A stretch of 40,650 bases of DNA from Gammaproteobacteria bacterium (GCA_028817015.1 JAPPQJ010000021.1:1-40650); one strand, 5' to 3'. Positions 9,560 to 19,553 are shown, counted from the stretch's first letter. Notes: generated from the sequence alone by a model not told the origin. Program-made: numbers and translations.

Positions 9560-10042
9560 GTGGAGCGCCCGATTGAACAGCGCCAATGCGCTGCGCTGCG
9601 CGAACAGGATGACCGCCTGGCGTTGCGGTGCGTGGAAACCATGCTAAGCGAAGACCATTGCTCGGCGGGGCTCGGCATGGTGCTGGAGGGCGCGGGGGCC
9701 GGCTGGGCGAAGTTGCGCATGCCGGTAACCCGCAGCATGATCAACGGCTACAATGTCTGCCACGGCGGGTTGATCTTTGCGCTGGCGGACAGCACCTTTG
9801 CGTGCAGTTGCAACGGTTACAACCGGGTGACGGTGGCCAGCGGCTGCCAAATCGAATACCTGCGCCCGGCTCTCCTCGGCGATGTTCTAAGCGCCCACGG
9901 CAGCGAGCGCAAACGGGGGAAATGGACCGGCGTCTATGACATCGAAATCCGCAATCAGAAAAAGCAACTCGTCGCGTTGTTTCGCGGCAAATCCTTCACC
10001 ACTCAAAAACCCATCATCGAAAGGCGGGAGAAGCGGGGCTGA
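9560..10042 (+). CDS. paaI: (Hydroxy)phenylacetyl-CoA thioesterase
   Basis: M.NG...CHGGLIFALADSTFA.SCN, G.YDIEI.NQ...LVALFRGKS. GTG start after AAGGA. Confidence 0.9.
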   Translation: MERPIEQRQCAALREQDDRLALRCVETMLSEDHCSAGLGMVLEGAGAGWAKLRMPVTRSMINGYNVCHGGLIFALADSTFACSCNGYNRVTVASGCQIEYLRPALLGDVLSAHGSERKRGKWTGVYDIEIRNQKKQLVALFRGKSFTTQKPIIERREKRG

Positions 10043-10082
10043 AGCGCTTTTTCCGCCGGACCGCGTTTTTCAGGAAAACCAC

Positions 10083-11363
10083 ATGCCGAACCTTGAACCC
10101 CTGGACAAAATCGAACGCGCCGGCGCCGATGAACTGCGCGATTTGCAGTTGCGGCGGATGCGGTGGAGTTTGCGGCATTGCTATGAGCGCATCGGTTTTT
10201 ACAAAAACCGCTTCGATGAATGCGGCGTGCATCCCGACGACCTGAAGGAGTTGAGCGATCTGGCCCGGTTTCCGTTCACCACCAAGCGGGATTTGCGCGA
10301 CGCCTATCCGTTTGGGATGTTCGCCAGGCCGCCTTCGGACATCGTGCGCGTTCATGCGTCGAGCGGCACCACCGGCAAGCCGACCATCGTCGGCTACACG
10401 CGCAAGGACATAGACGACTGGGCGCACTGCATGGCCCGCAGCATTCGCGCCGCCGGCGGCGACGCCCACAGCGTGGTGCATGTCGCCTACGGCTACGGAT
10501 TGTTCACCGGCGGCCTGGGCGCCCACTACGGCGCCGAGAAATTAGGCGCCATGGTGATCCCGGTATCCGGCGGTATGACCACCCGCCAGGCGCAACTCAT
10601 TCACGATTTGCGGCCCGACATCATCATGGTCACGCCGTCTTACTTTCTCAACATCGTTGACCAATACATGGCCCAGGGGTGGGACCCCCGGCAATGGTCG
10701 CTGCGGGTCGGCATTTTCGGCGCCGAGCCGTGGAGCGGCGCGATGCGCGATTCCATCCAGGCCGGCACCGCCCTCAAGGCGACCGACATCTACGGGCTGT
10801 CCGAAGTGATGGGGCCCGGCGTCGCCCAGGAGTGCCTGGAAACCCAGGACGGGCTGACCGTGTGGGAGGATTATTTCTACCCGGAAATCATCGACCCGGA
10901 AACGCAGCAGACCCTGCCCGACGGTTGCGAAGGCGAACTGGTGTTCACCACGCTGGCCAAGGAGGGCACGCCGCTGGTGCGCTACCGCACCCGGGACTTA
11001 ACCGCGCTGTTGCCCGGCACCGCCCGCACCATGCGCCGCATGATGCGCATCAAGGGGCGCAGCGACGACATGATGATCGTGCGCGGGGTCAACGTCTATC
11101 CGTCTCAAATCGAGGAACACATCCTGCAGATGCCGGAATTGTCGGCCACCTATCAACTGGAAATCGCCCGCCGGGGCCGCCTCGATGAATTGCTCATTCA
11201 TGTCGAGATGAATCAACCCGGCCAGCCTCACCAGCCGGCCGGGAAAACCCTGCAGCAGCGCATTAAAGACACCATCGGCATCAGCAGCCAAGCGGTGTTT
11301 CACGAGCCGGGGACGCTGCCCCGGTCGCAGGGCAAGGCGGTGCGCGTGAAGAGTCCGCAGTGA
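10083..11363 (+). CDS. paaK: Phenylacetate--CoA ligase
   Basis: RVHASSGTTGKPT, YGYGLFTGGLGAHYGAE, DIYGLSEVMGPGVA.EC, GRSDDMMIVRGVNVYPSQIE, LPRS.GKA.RV. Confidence 0.95.
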   Translation: MPNLEPLDKIERAGADELRDLQLRRMRWSLRHCYERIGFYKNRFDECGVHPDDLKELSDLARFPFTTKRDLRDAYPFGMFARPPSDIVRVHASSGTTGKPTIVGYTRKDIDDWAHCMARSIRAAGGDAHSVVHVAYGYGLFTGGLGAHYGAEKLGAMVIPVSGGMTTRQAQLIHDLRPDIIMVTPSYFLNIVDQYMAQGWDPRQWSLRVGIFGAEPWSGAMRDSIQAGTALKATDIYGLSEVMGPGVAQECLETQDGLTVWEDYFYPEIIDPETQQTLPDGCEGELVFTTLAKEGTPLVRYRTRDLTALLPGTARTMRRMMRIKGRSDDMMIVRGVNVYPSQIEEHILQMPELSATYQLEIARRGRLDELLIHVEMNQPGQPHQPAGKTLQQRIKDTIGISSQAVFHEPGTLPRSQGKAVRVKSPQ

Positions 11364-11475
11364 TGGTTGGCGCCGCATCGGTGCCGTCGAACCGGCGGTT
11401 TGTTGCGCCGCCGCCGGCCGGATTGCGCATTGAACCGGCCTTCTCAACCCACTTCATCGCCTGGCGAAAACCGAC

Positions 11476-12441
11476 ATGACTCAACCCGCAACCTTCGCCT
11501 CCACCGGCGATCTTGACCCGAAGCCGGTCACCTTTGCCGAACTGGGGCCGAAGGGCTCCGGCTGTTACGGTTTCACCGCCGAAGGCGACCCCAACTCCGG
11601 GGTCATCATCGGCGATGATTCGGTGATGGTGGTCGATGCCCAGGCGACTCCGGGGCTGGCCCGCAAAGTCATCGAGTGCATCCGCACGGTCACCGACAAG
11701 CCGGTCAGCCACATCGTGCTGACCCACTATCACGCCGTGCGGGTGCTGGGGGCGGGCGCTTATGGCGCATCGCAAATCATCATGAGCGACCGCGCGCGCG
11801 ATGATGTCGCTGAGCGCGGGCGGCAGGACTGGGATTCGGAATTCGGCAGATTCCCCCGCCTTTTCGAGGGGCACGAGGAGATCGCCGGGCTGACCTGGCC
11901 GAACGCCACCTTCAGCCGCTCGATGCGCGTGTATTTGGGCGGCCGGGAGGTGCAACTGCATCACCTCGGGCGCGGCCACACGGCCGGCGACATCGTCGTT
12001 TATGTGCCCGACAGCAAGGTCCTGTTTTCAGGCGACCTGGTCGAATATCGCTCCGCCTGCTATTGCGGCGACGCCCATTTGGCCGACTGGCCGGCGACCC
12101 TCGACAACCTGGTGCAATTTGATATTCAGGCGCTGGTTCCGGGGCGCGGCGACGCCTTGACCGATGCGGCGATGATTGCCGAGGGCGTGGCGTTGACGCG
12201 GGATTTTCTGTCCACACTGTATGATTCGGTGAAGTCCAGCGTGGCCGAAAAGCGCGGCTTGAAGGAGGCGTTCGACGCCTGCAACCAGGCCATGCGCCCC
12301 AAGTTCGGCGACTTCGCCATCTTTGAACATTGCCAGCCGTTCAATGTCGCCCGCGCATACGACGAGGCGCAGGGCCTGGAACACCCCCGCATCTGGACCG
12401 CGCAGCGCGACCTGGAAATGTGGGAGCAACTGAGCGACTGA
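11476..12441 (+). CDS. MBL-fold metallo-hydrolase of the type linked to homogentisate clusters
   Basis: FAS.GD, AEGDPNSGVIIGDD, VLTHYHAVRVLGA, GRGHTAGD, FSGDLVE, LVPGRG. Confidence 0.85.
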   Translation: MTQPATFASTGDLDPKPVTFAELGPKGSGCYGFTAEGDPNSGVIIGDDSVMVVDAQATPGLARKVIECIRTVTDKPVSHIVLTHYHAVRVLGAGAYGASQIIMSDRARDDVAERGRQDWDSEFGRFPRLFEGHEEIAGLTWPNATFSRSMRVYLGGREVQLHHLGRGHTAGDIVVYVPDSKVLFSGDLVEYRSACYCGDAHLADWPATLDNLVQFDIQALVPGRGDALTDAAMIAEGVALTRDFLSTLYDSVKSSVAEKRGLKEAFDACNQAMRPKFGDFAIFEHCQPFNVARAYDEAQGLEHPRIWTAQRDLEMWEQLSD

Positions 12442-14099
12442 TGGATGGGGGCCCGATGAACACCGCCTGCCCGCACTGGCGAGAGGTTGAAAAACTGCAG
12501 TTTGTGCATTCGTGCCACCGCGACTCCGAACAGTCGGTGGTCATCGCCGGCGCCGGCCCGATTGGGTTGACTTTGGCCATCGACCTGGCGCAGCGCGGGG
12601 TGCCAAGCGTGGTGCTGGAAAAGTCGGACCGTCTGTCGGACGGCTCGCGCGCGCTGTGCTGGTCGAGGCGCACGCTGGACATCTTCAACCGCCTCGGCAT
12701 CGCCGGGCCGATGCGCGAGACCGGCGTTCAATGGCAGGTGGGCCGCGTGTTCCACCGACAAGAGCAAATCTACAACCTGCGGCTGACCCCCGACACCTTT
12801 CCCGAAAACCCGTTTTTCGTCAATTTGCAGCAGCCGCTTTGCGAATACCTGCTGTTGCAGGCGTGCGCGCAATATCCCCAAATTGATTTGCGCTGGGCCA
12901 ACCGGTTGACCGGTGTGCGGGCGCATCCCGGCGGCGGCGTTGCCCTGACCGTGCGCTGCGACCGCGGAGAATACCGCATCGACACCGAATATTTAGCCGC
13001 CTGCGACGGGGCCAGATCCACGGTGCGGGAAAAACTCGGCCTGCGTTTTGCCGGCCGGCGGTTCAACGACCGTTTCCTAATCGCCGACATCGAGATGGCC
13101 GGCGATTTTCCGAACGAGCGCCGGTTCTGGTTTGAGCCGCCGTTTCACGACGGCCAATCGACGCTGTTGCACAAGCAGGCGCAAAACCTGTGGCGGGTTG
13201 ATTTTCAGTTGAACACCGGGCCCGGGGTGTCCAAAGCGCAACTGCGCCTGGACCGCGACCGGCGCTCGGTGCGCAAGCGCATTCGCGCCTTTTTGGGGCG
13301 CGATGATTTGGACTTTGAAATCGTCTGGTGCTCGGTCTACTTGTTCACCTGCCGGCGCATCGAGCGGTTCCGCCACGGCAACATTTTTTTCGCCGGCGAC
13401 AGCGCGCATTTAGTCTCGCCGTTTGGCGCGCGGGGCGGCAACGGCGGCATCCAGGACAGCGACAACCTCGGCTGGAAACTGGCCGAAGTCCTGCACGGCC
13501 ATGCCGCCGACCGGTTGCTGGACAGTTATGACGCCGAGCGCGTCGCCGCCAGCGATGAGGACATTCTGAACTCGTCGCGCACCACCGATTTCATGACCCC
13601 GAAGAGCGCCAGGTCCAAACGCATCCGCGACACCGTGCTGAAACTGGCGCGCTCCCACGACTTCGCCGTGCACATGGTCAACGCCGGGCGCATGAGCCGC
13701 CCTTTTTCCTACCGCCACCTGGGCCCGTTCAAGGATCATCCCAACGGCATCCGCGTCCGGGCCGGCGATGCGGGCCTCGACATTCCGCTCATTCACGCCC
13801 GCACCGGCGCGCGCAGTTATCTGCTCAGGCACATTCGCGACTACACCATGGTCGCGTATCAGCGCCCGGCGGTGGCGTGGCCGGGGCGCGCCGCAGCCTG
13901 CGATGTCGTTCATATCGGCGATGCCCGGCAGGGGGAAGGGGAATATCTCGACTCGCAGGGTTTGATGAAAAAGCATTATGTCGGCGACACGGGCGGCTAT
14001 GTGTTGTTTCGCCCCGACCAGCATATCCTGGGCGTGTGGCGCGACCGCGAACCGGATGCCGTCATCGCGGCGCTTGAACGGCAGCGCGGCGCGCGTTGA
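12441..14099 (+). CDS. FAD-dependent aromatic monooxygenase (MhpA/MhaA-like), putative hydroxyphenylacetate hydroxylase
   Basis: VIAGAGPIGL, ACDGARS, FAGDSAHLVSPFGARGGNGGIQD..NLGWKL, C-terminal RPDQH domain. Start at 12441 (TGATG overlap) or 12456. Substrate inferred from hmgA context only. Confidence 0.85.
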   Translation: MDGGPMNTACPHWREVEKLQFVHSCHRDSEQSVVIAGAGPIGLTLAIDLAQRGVPSVVLEKSDRLSDGSRALCWSRRTLDIFNRLGIAGPMRETGVQWQVGRVFHRQEQIYNLRLTPDTFPENPFFVNLQQPLCEYLLLQACAQYPQIDLRWANRLTGVRAHPGGGVALTVRCDRGEYRIDTEYLAACDGARSTVREKLGLRFAGRRFNDRFLIADIEMAGDFPNERRFWFEPPFHDGQSTLLHKQAQNLWRVDFQLNTGPGVSKAQLRLDRDRRSVRKRIRAFLGRDDLDFEIVWCSVYLFTCRRIERFRHGNIFFAGDSAHLVSPFGARGGNGGIQDSDNLGWKLAEVLHGHAADRLLDSYDAERVAASDEDILNSSRTTDFMTPKSARSKRIRDTVLKLARSHDFAVHMVNAGRMSRPFSYRHLGPFKDHPNGIRVRAGDAGLDIPLIHARTGARSYLLRHIRDYTMVAYQRPAVAWPGRAAACDVVHIGDARQGEGEYLDSQGLMKKHYVGDTGGYVLFRPDQHILGVWRDREPDAVIAALERQRGAR

Positions 14100-14105
14100 A
14101 CGCGG

Positions 14106-15428
14106 ATGCCTGAACTGCAATACATGACCGGTTTCGGCAACACCTTTGAAACCGAGGCGTTGCCGAACGCCCTGCCGCGGGGCCGCAACTCGCCGCAGCG
14201 GTGCAATTACGGCCTGTATGCGGAGCAGTTGAGCGGCACCGCGTTTACCATGCCAAAGCACGCCAACGCGCGCTCGTGGCTGTATCGAATGCTGCCTTCG
14301 GTCAAACATGCCGGCGCCTTTCGCGCCGAATCCCCCGGCCACATTCGCACCGCCCCCTGCCGCGAGCCGCATTCGCTGCCCATCGGCGCGCAGCGCTGGA
14401 GCGCCACGCCGCCGCCGGATCATCCGGCCAACTTTATGGCGGGGATGCTGACCATGACCACGGCCGGCGACAGCGACGCGCACACCGGCATGGCGGCGCA
14501 TGTGTATGCCTGCAATACATCCATGACCGACGACTATTTCTTCAACCGGGACGGCGAATATCTCATCGTGCCGGAGCAAGGCGGGGTCCGTTTCGACACC
14601 GAGTTCGGCATACTGGAAGCGCATCCGGGCGAAATCGTCATCATCCCGCGCGGCGTGGTTTTCCGCGTCGCATTGCCAGAGGGGAGCGCCAGAGGCTATG
14701 TGTGCGAAAACTACGGCGCCCGCTTTGAACTGCCCGAGCGCGGGCCAATCGGCGCCAACGGCCTGGCCAGCCCGCGTGATTTCCAATACCCGGTGGCCGC
14801 TTATGAAGAAGGCCGGGGGCGCGGCCGCCTGTGGGCCAAATGGGGCGGCGATTTATACTCCTGCGAGATCGACCACTCGCCTCTGGATGTGGTGGCCTGG
14901 CACGGAAACTATGCGCCGTGCAAGTATGACTTGCGCGCTTTTTCGCCGCTCGGGGCGGTCGCCTTCGACCACCCCGACCCGTCTGTTTTTACCGTGCTGA
15001 CTTCGCCGTCATCAACGCCGGGCGTCGGCAATGTCGATTTTGTCATCTTTCCCGAGCGATGGATGGTCGCCGAAGACACCTTCCGCCCGCCGTGGTTTCA
15101 CCGCAACATCATGTCCGAATTCATGGGTTTGATCGACGGGGTATACGACGCCAAACCGCGCGGCTTTCACCCGGGGGCGATGAGTCTGCACAACTCCATG
15201 CTGCCGCACGGCCCCGACGCCGATGCGTTTGAAGCGGCCAGCCGCGCCCGGTTGAAACCGGTCAAGCTGGAAAACACCCTGGCGTTCATGTTCGAGAGCA
15301 GCCTGCCGCAGCGCGTCACCCGGTATGCGGCCGAGAGTCCGCAACGCCAGGCGGACTACCGCGACGGCTGGAGGCCCCTCAAAAAAACGTTTCACCAACA
15401 ACCACCCGATGAAACTGGCAACGCTTAA
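14106..15428 (+). CDS. hmgA: Homogentisate 1,2-dioxygenase
   Basis: [73 protein letters not shown]. Confidence 0.97.
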   Translation: MPELQYMTGFGNTFETEALPNALPRGRNSPQRCNYGLYAEQLSGTAFTMPKHANARSWLYRMLPSVKHAGAFRAESPGHIRTAPCREPHSLPIGAQRWSATPPPDHPANFMAGMLTMTTAGDSDAHTGMAAHVYACNTSMTDDYFFNRDGEYLIVPEQGGVRFDTEFGILEAHPGEIVIIPRGVVFRVALPEGSARGYVCENYGARFELPERGPIGANGLASPRDFQYPVAAYEEGRGRGRLWAKWGGDLYSCEIDHSPLDVVAWHGNYAPCKYDLRAFSPLGAVAFDHPDPSVFTVLTSPSSTPGVGNVDFVIFPERWMVAEDTFRPPWFHRNIMSEFMGLIDGVYDAKPRGFHPGAMSLHNSMLPHGPDADAFEAASRARLKPVKLENTLAFMFESSLPQRVTRYAAESPQRQADYRDGWRPLKKTFHQQPPDETGNA

Positions 15429-16386
15429 AAACGACTGCAGAGACGGCCGGCTGGTCGTGGTCAACCGCGACCTCAGCCGTTTTGCCGAGGCCCCCGCCGA
15501 CCTGCCGACTCTGCAAGCCGCGCTCGATGACTGGAGCCGCGCCCGCCATTCGCTGGCCGCGGTTTACCGCGCCCTGCAATCGGGTGACATCGACGGGCGG
15601 GCGATGGCCATGGAGCAACTGGGTGCGCCCCTGCCGCGCGCCTACCAGTGGCTGGACGGTTCCGCGTATCTCAATCATGTTGAGCTGGTTCGCAAAGCGC
15701 GCGGCGCGCAGATGCCGTCCACATTTTTGACCGACCCGCTGATGTATCAGGGCGGCTCCGACATCCTGCTGGGCTGCCGGGACCCCATCGCCGCCGGCAG
15801 CGAGCGGCACGGCATCGACCTGGAAGCGGAAATTTGCGTGGTGACCGACGATGTGCCGGCGGCGTGCCCGCCGCAACAGGCTGAGCGGCGCATCCAACTG
15901 ATCGGGATGTTGAATGACATCTCGCTGCGCAACCTCATCCCGGCGGAACTGGCCAAGGGTTTCGGCTTTGTGCACGGCAAGCCGCCGACCGCTTTTGCGC
16001 CGGTCCTGGTGACGCCCGATGAATTGGGGGGCGCCTGGAAGGACGCCAAAATTCACCTGCCCCTGCGCACCTGGATCAACGGTCAATGGCTGGGGCATCC
16101 CGACTGCGCGACCGACATGCAGTTCAACTTCGCGGAACTCATCGCCCACGCCGCGAAAACGCGGCCCCTCGGCGCCGGCACGATCATCGGCTCCGGCACC
16201 GTTTCCAACCGCGATGCGTCGCGCGGGTTCTGCTGTCTGGCCGAGGCCCGCATGATCGAAACCATCCGGCACGGCAAACCGCGCACCGGGTTTCTTCGAT
16301 TCGGCGACCGCGTGAAAATCGACATGACCGACGCGCGCGGCAACAGTCTTTTCGGCAGCATCGAGCAAACGGTGGTGAAACGGTGA
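15409..16386 (+). CDS. Fumarylacetoacetate hydrolase family protein (probable fumarylacetoacetase)
   Basis: MKLATLK...[61 protein letters not shown]. Lies between hmgA and maiA. Confidence 0.9.
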   Translation: MKLATLKNDCRDGRLVVVNRDLSRFAEAPADLPTLQAALDDWSRARHSLAAVYRALQSGDIDGRAMAMEQLGAPLPRAYQWLDGSAYLNHVELVRKARGAQMPSTFLTDPLMYQGGSDILLGCRDPIAAGSERHGIDLEAEICVVTDDVPAACPPQQAERRIQLIGMLNDISLRNLIPAELAKGFGFVHGKPPTAFAPVLVTPDELGGAWKDAKIHLPLRTWINGQWLGHPDCATDMQFNFAELIAHAAKTRPLGAGTIIGSGTVSNRDASRGFCCLAEARMIETIRHGKPRTGFLRFGDRVKIDMTDARGNSLFGSIEQTVVKR

Positions 16387-17018
16387 AACTCCACGGTTAT
16401 TGGAGGTCCTCGGCGACCTACCGGGTGCGCATCGCGCTGAACTTGAAAGCGGTGCGGTGTGAGTTGGCGCCCGTCAACCTGCTTTCCGAAGACGACAAAC
16501 AGCGCTATGGCGACAAGAATCCCACGGCGCTGGTGCCCACGCTGGAGTTGAGCGGCGGCGCCTGCATTCGCCAGTCCATGGCCATCCTTGATTATCTGGA
16601 GCGCGAATACCCCGAGCCCGCGCTTATCCCGGCGGATTCAACCCGGCGGGCCGCGGTGCTGGCGTTTGCCTGCGACATCGCCATGGAGGTTCATCCGCTC
16701 AACAACCTGCGCGTGTTGCGGCGCCTTAAGGATCGGCACGGTTTTTCCGAAGAGGGAGCGGTCGAATGGATGCACCACTGGATGCACGCTTCTTTTGTGA
16801 ACCTGGAGAAAATGGCGGACGCTTCGGGGCGTTATTGTTTCGGCGATGCGCCGACCCTGGCCGATGTGTTCTTAATCCCCCAGATGTATAACGCCGCGCG
16901 CTGGGAACTGGATGTGTCCGCCTACCCCAAACTCGTGCGCATCAACGACCACGCCACCCGGCAAAGCGCGTTCAGCAAAGCCCACCCCAGCCGGCAAGCG
17001 GACGCAGTCGGCGCATGA
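16383..17018 (+). CDS. maiA: Maleylacetoacetate isomerase (GST zeta)
   Basis: GYWRSSATYRVRIALNLK, QSMAILDYL, HPLNNLRVL, FGD.PTLADV.LIPQ.YNA, AHPSRQ.DA. GTG start. Confidence 0.93.
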   Translation: MKLHGYWRSSATYRVRIALNLKAVRCELAPVNLLSEDDKQRYGDKNPTALVPTLELSGGACIRQSMAILDYLEREYPEPALIPADSTRRAAVLAFACDIAMEVHPLNNLRVLRRLKDRHGFSEEGAVEWMHHWMHASFVNLEKMADASGRYCFGDAPTLADVFLIPQMYNAARWELDVSAYPKLVRINDHATRQSAFSKAHPSRQADAVGA

Positions 17019-17218
17019 AGCGGATGAGCCTGGCGAACAACTTTGACGACGCCGATGCGTTCTACGAGCGCCTGGTGGCCGTTCACGAATCGCTCGACGA
17101 CGAGCAGTCGGATCAGTTCAATCTGTCGCTGATTTTGATGTTGGCCAATCACATCGGCGATGCGGCGACGCTGGCCGATTTAATGGACAAAGCCGAACAG
17201 TCGGCATGCAACCGGTGA
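17015..17218 (+). CDS. DUF2783-like small protein (possible MhaB-type coupling subunit)
   Basis: 67 aa, N..D.DAFYE.LV..H..L.DEQS...N..LIL.LANHIGD signature. ATGA overlap with maiA. Confidence 0.85.
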   Translation: MKRMSLANNFDDADAFYERLVAVHESLDDEQSDQFNLSLILMLANHIGDAATLADLMDKAEQSACNR

Positions 17219-17229
17219 TGGGCGGGGGG

Positions 17230-18735
17230 TCAGCCGACCGCCGGAATCTCTCCGTAGCGGCGGCTAAATCGCGTTCTCGCTAACGGCGGCGCCGGAGGTT
17301 GGGTCGGCGCAGGGGGCGGAATCGGCCGGGCCGGGCGTTTCACGGCGGGTGGTTCGGCGTGGGTCATCGGTGCTGCCGGCTCAGTTGGAGCGGGCCGCAT
17401 CACGGGGTCGGGAGCGGGGGCCGGGCCGGGCGCATTGCGCTGCACCGCTTCGCCGCACGGTGCACGATCCGGCCTGTGTCCTGGCGCTTGGTCGGCGTGC
17501 GGTTTGCGCCTTCGTCCGGGGTCGCGGCTTTGCCGCGGCCGGCCGGCGCCCGGCATCTCGATGTCTTCGAGCAAGTCCGGGCCGATGTCCCGGCGCGGCA
17601 ATGCGTGGCCGATGGTTTCCTCGATGTCCATGATGGAATACGCATAGCGCTCGCAGACAAAACTAATCGCCTCGCCGCTGGCGCCGGCCCGGGCGGTGCG
17701 TCCGATGCGGTGAATGTAATCGTCCGCATCCTGGGGCAGGTCGAAGTTATAGACATGGCTGACATCGGGGATGTGCAAACCGCGCGCGGCCACGTCGGTG
17801 GCCACCAGCACTTTGTTTTTTCCGGATTTGAAGGATTCCAGCAGTTGCTCGCGCTTGCGCTGGGGAACATCGCCGGACAGCGCGCCGTTACCGATGCCGT
17901 TGGCGGTCAACACGCCGGCGACTTTGTCGACCGCGTGCCGGGTGTTGACGAACACCAGAATGCGCTCGTGGTGGTCGCGCTTCAACAGGTTCACCAGCAA
18001 CCGCAGTTTTTCCTCTTGCGCCGGGTAGAAACTGTATTCGGTGACCTGGTCAACGACCACGGTGCCGCTCTCGATCTTGATTTCTTCGGGGTTGTTCATG
18101 TGCTCATAGGCGAGTTCCATGACCTTGAACGACAGCGTGGCCGAAAACAGCAGGTTGAGGCGCTCGCCGGCGGCGGGCATGCGCCGCAAAAGAAAGCGGA
18201 TGTCGCGGATGAATCCCAGGTCGAACATGCGGTCGGCCTCGTCGAGCACCGCCACTTGCGCGCAGGCGAGGTCATACAGGCCCTGCCTGAAAAAATCAAT
18301 GAGGCGGCCCGGGGTGCCGATCAGGATGTCGGCGCCGCCGGCCAGCATGGCTTTTTGCTCGTCGTAGCCGGTGCCGCCATACACCAGGCCTAAGGTGAAG
18401 CCGGTGTGCTTGCAGAGAATCCGGGCATCACGGTAAATCTGAATGGCCAGTTCCCGGGTCGGGGCGAGGATCAGCGCGCGCGGCTGGCCGGGCCGCCGCC
18501 CGGGCGCCGCCGGGTGGGTCAGCAGGTAGTGGCCGCAGGCCAGCAGGAAGGCCACTGTTTTGCCGGTTCCGGTCTGCGCCTGGCCGGCCACATCCCGGCC
18601 TTCCAGCACCGCCGGGAGGCAGGCCGCCTGAATCGGCGTGCAGTAGGTGAAATCGGCGTCTTGCAACCCCTGTTGCAGCGATTGATCGAGGTTGAATTGC
18701 GTAAACTTTTGATTGGTAAGGTGCTTTTCGGTCAT
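17230..18735 (-). CDS. rhlB: ATP-dependent DEAD-box RNA helicase RhlB with Pro-rich C-terminal tail
   Basis: HLT.QKF..F.L start, AQTGTGKT, PTRELA, DEADRMFDLGF, FSATLS, YIHRIGRTARAG. Divergent from trxA-rho. Confidence 0.93.
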   Translation of the reverse strand: MTEKHLTNQKFTQFNLDQSLQQGLQDADFTYCTPIQAACLPAVLEGRDVAGQAQTGTGKTVAFLLACGHYLLTHPAAPGRRPGQPRALILAPTRELAIQIYRDARILCKHTGFTLGLVYGGTGYDEQKAMLAGGADILIGTPGRLIDFFRQGLYDLACAQVAVLDEADRMFDLGFIRDIRFLLRRMPAAGERLNLLFSATLSFKVMELAYEHMNNPEEIKIESGTVVVDQVTEYSFYPAQEEKLRLLVNLLKRDHHERILVFVNTRHAVDKVAGVLTANGIGNGALSGDVPQRKREQLLESFKSGKNKVLVATDVAARGLHIPDVSHVYNFDLPQDADDYIHRIGRTARAGASGEAISFVCERYAYSIMDIEETIGHALPRRDIGPDLLEDIEMPGAGRPRQSRDPGRRRKPHADQAPGHRPDRAPCGEAVQRNAPGPAPAPDPVMRPAPTEPAAPMTHAEPPAVKRPARPIPPPAPTQPPAPPLARTRFSRRYGEIPAVG

Positions 18736-18859
18736 GTTGCTCTGTGTTCAGTTGCGGCCCGCCACCCGGCGGGGGATTTATTTTTCGCTGAAATACTTGA
18801 TTTGTTCGGATAATCGCGGCATAGTCAGCGTCATCATTTAGATAATCGGTCGATTACCC

Positions 18860-19201
18860 ATGTCTTCCAAAATTGTGCATGTCAGCGACGAATCGTTTGA
18901 GGAAGAAGTTCTCAATGCCGATATTCCGGTGCTCATCGATTACTGGGCGGAATGGTGCGGCCCGTGCAAGATGATCGCGCCGATTCTCGACGAATTGGCC
19001 GAAGAATACGGCGGGCGCGTGAAAATCGCCAAACTCAATATCGATGACAACCCTGAAACACCGCCGAAATACGGGATTCGCGGCATTCCGACCCTGATGA
19101 TTTTCAAGGACGGCAATGTCGAAGCCACCAAGGTCGGCGCGGTCTCGAAATCCCAACTCACGGATTTTATCGAGAACAATGTCGACAATCGGTCATTCTA
19201 A
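18860..19201 (+). CDS. trxA: Thioredoxin 1
   Basis: [27 protein letters not shown]. Upstream of rho. Confidence 0.97.
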   Translation: MSSKIVHVSDESFEEEVLNADIPVLIDYWAEWCGPCKMIAPILDELAEEYGGRVKIAKLNIDDNPETPPKYGIRGIPTLMIFKDGNVEATKVGAVSKSQLTDFIENNVDNRSF

Positions 19202-19378
19202 CAGAAAAGCGCCCGATTTCCAACGCCTCTTAGCGACGGTCATTCGCGGCGGTCATTGGCAACGGTTTTGGCCGGATGCGGACCGACCGGATTGATTTAT
19301 TCCGAATTTTGGATTAGATTTCCGTATCCGCATCGGATTTGCCGCCGGTTGCTGTAGCGTTTTTACGCGGCTGGAGGC

Positions 19379-19553
19379 TGGACATTCGCACCGAAGTGGT
19401 CTATGCTGACCGCCATCCCCCGACACAGCCGTCCCCGGCTTCTCGGCTCAAGCGCCCGGTAAACTTTTTTTCTCTTTCTTTTAACGCATTCTGCATTTCA
19501 CCAGCCGCCTGCATTCCGCGCAGGCCCGCAGACTGCACAACCATCCTTTCTCC
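19379..19553 (+). promoter_or_regulatory. Putative rho promoter and C-rich, G-poor leader (likely Rho autoregulation)
   Basis: TGGACA (19379-19384), 17 nt, TATGCT (19402-19407), then about 140 nt of pyrimidine-rich leader. Rho-dependent attenuation in the rho leader is established in E. coli. Confidence 0.5.
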
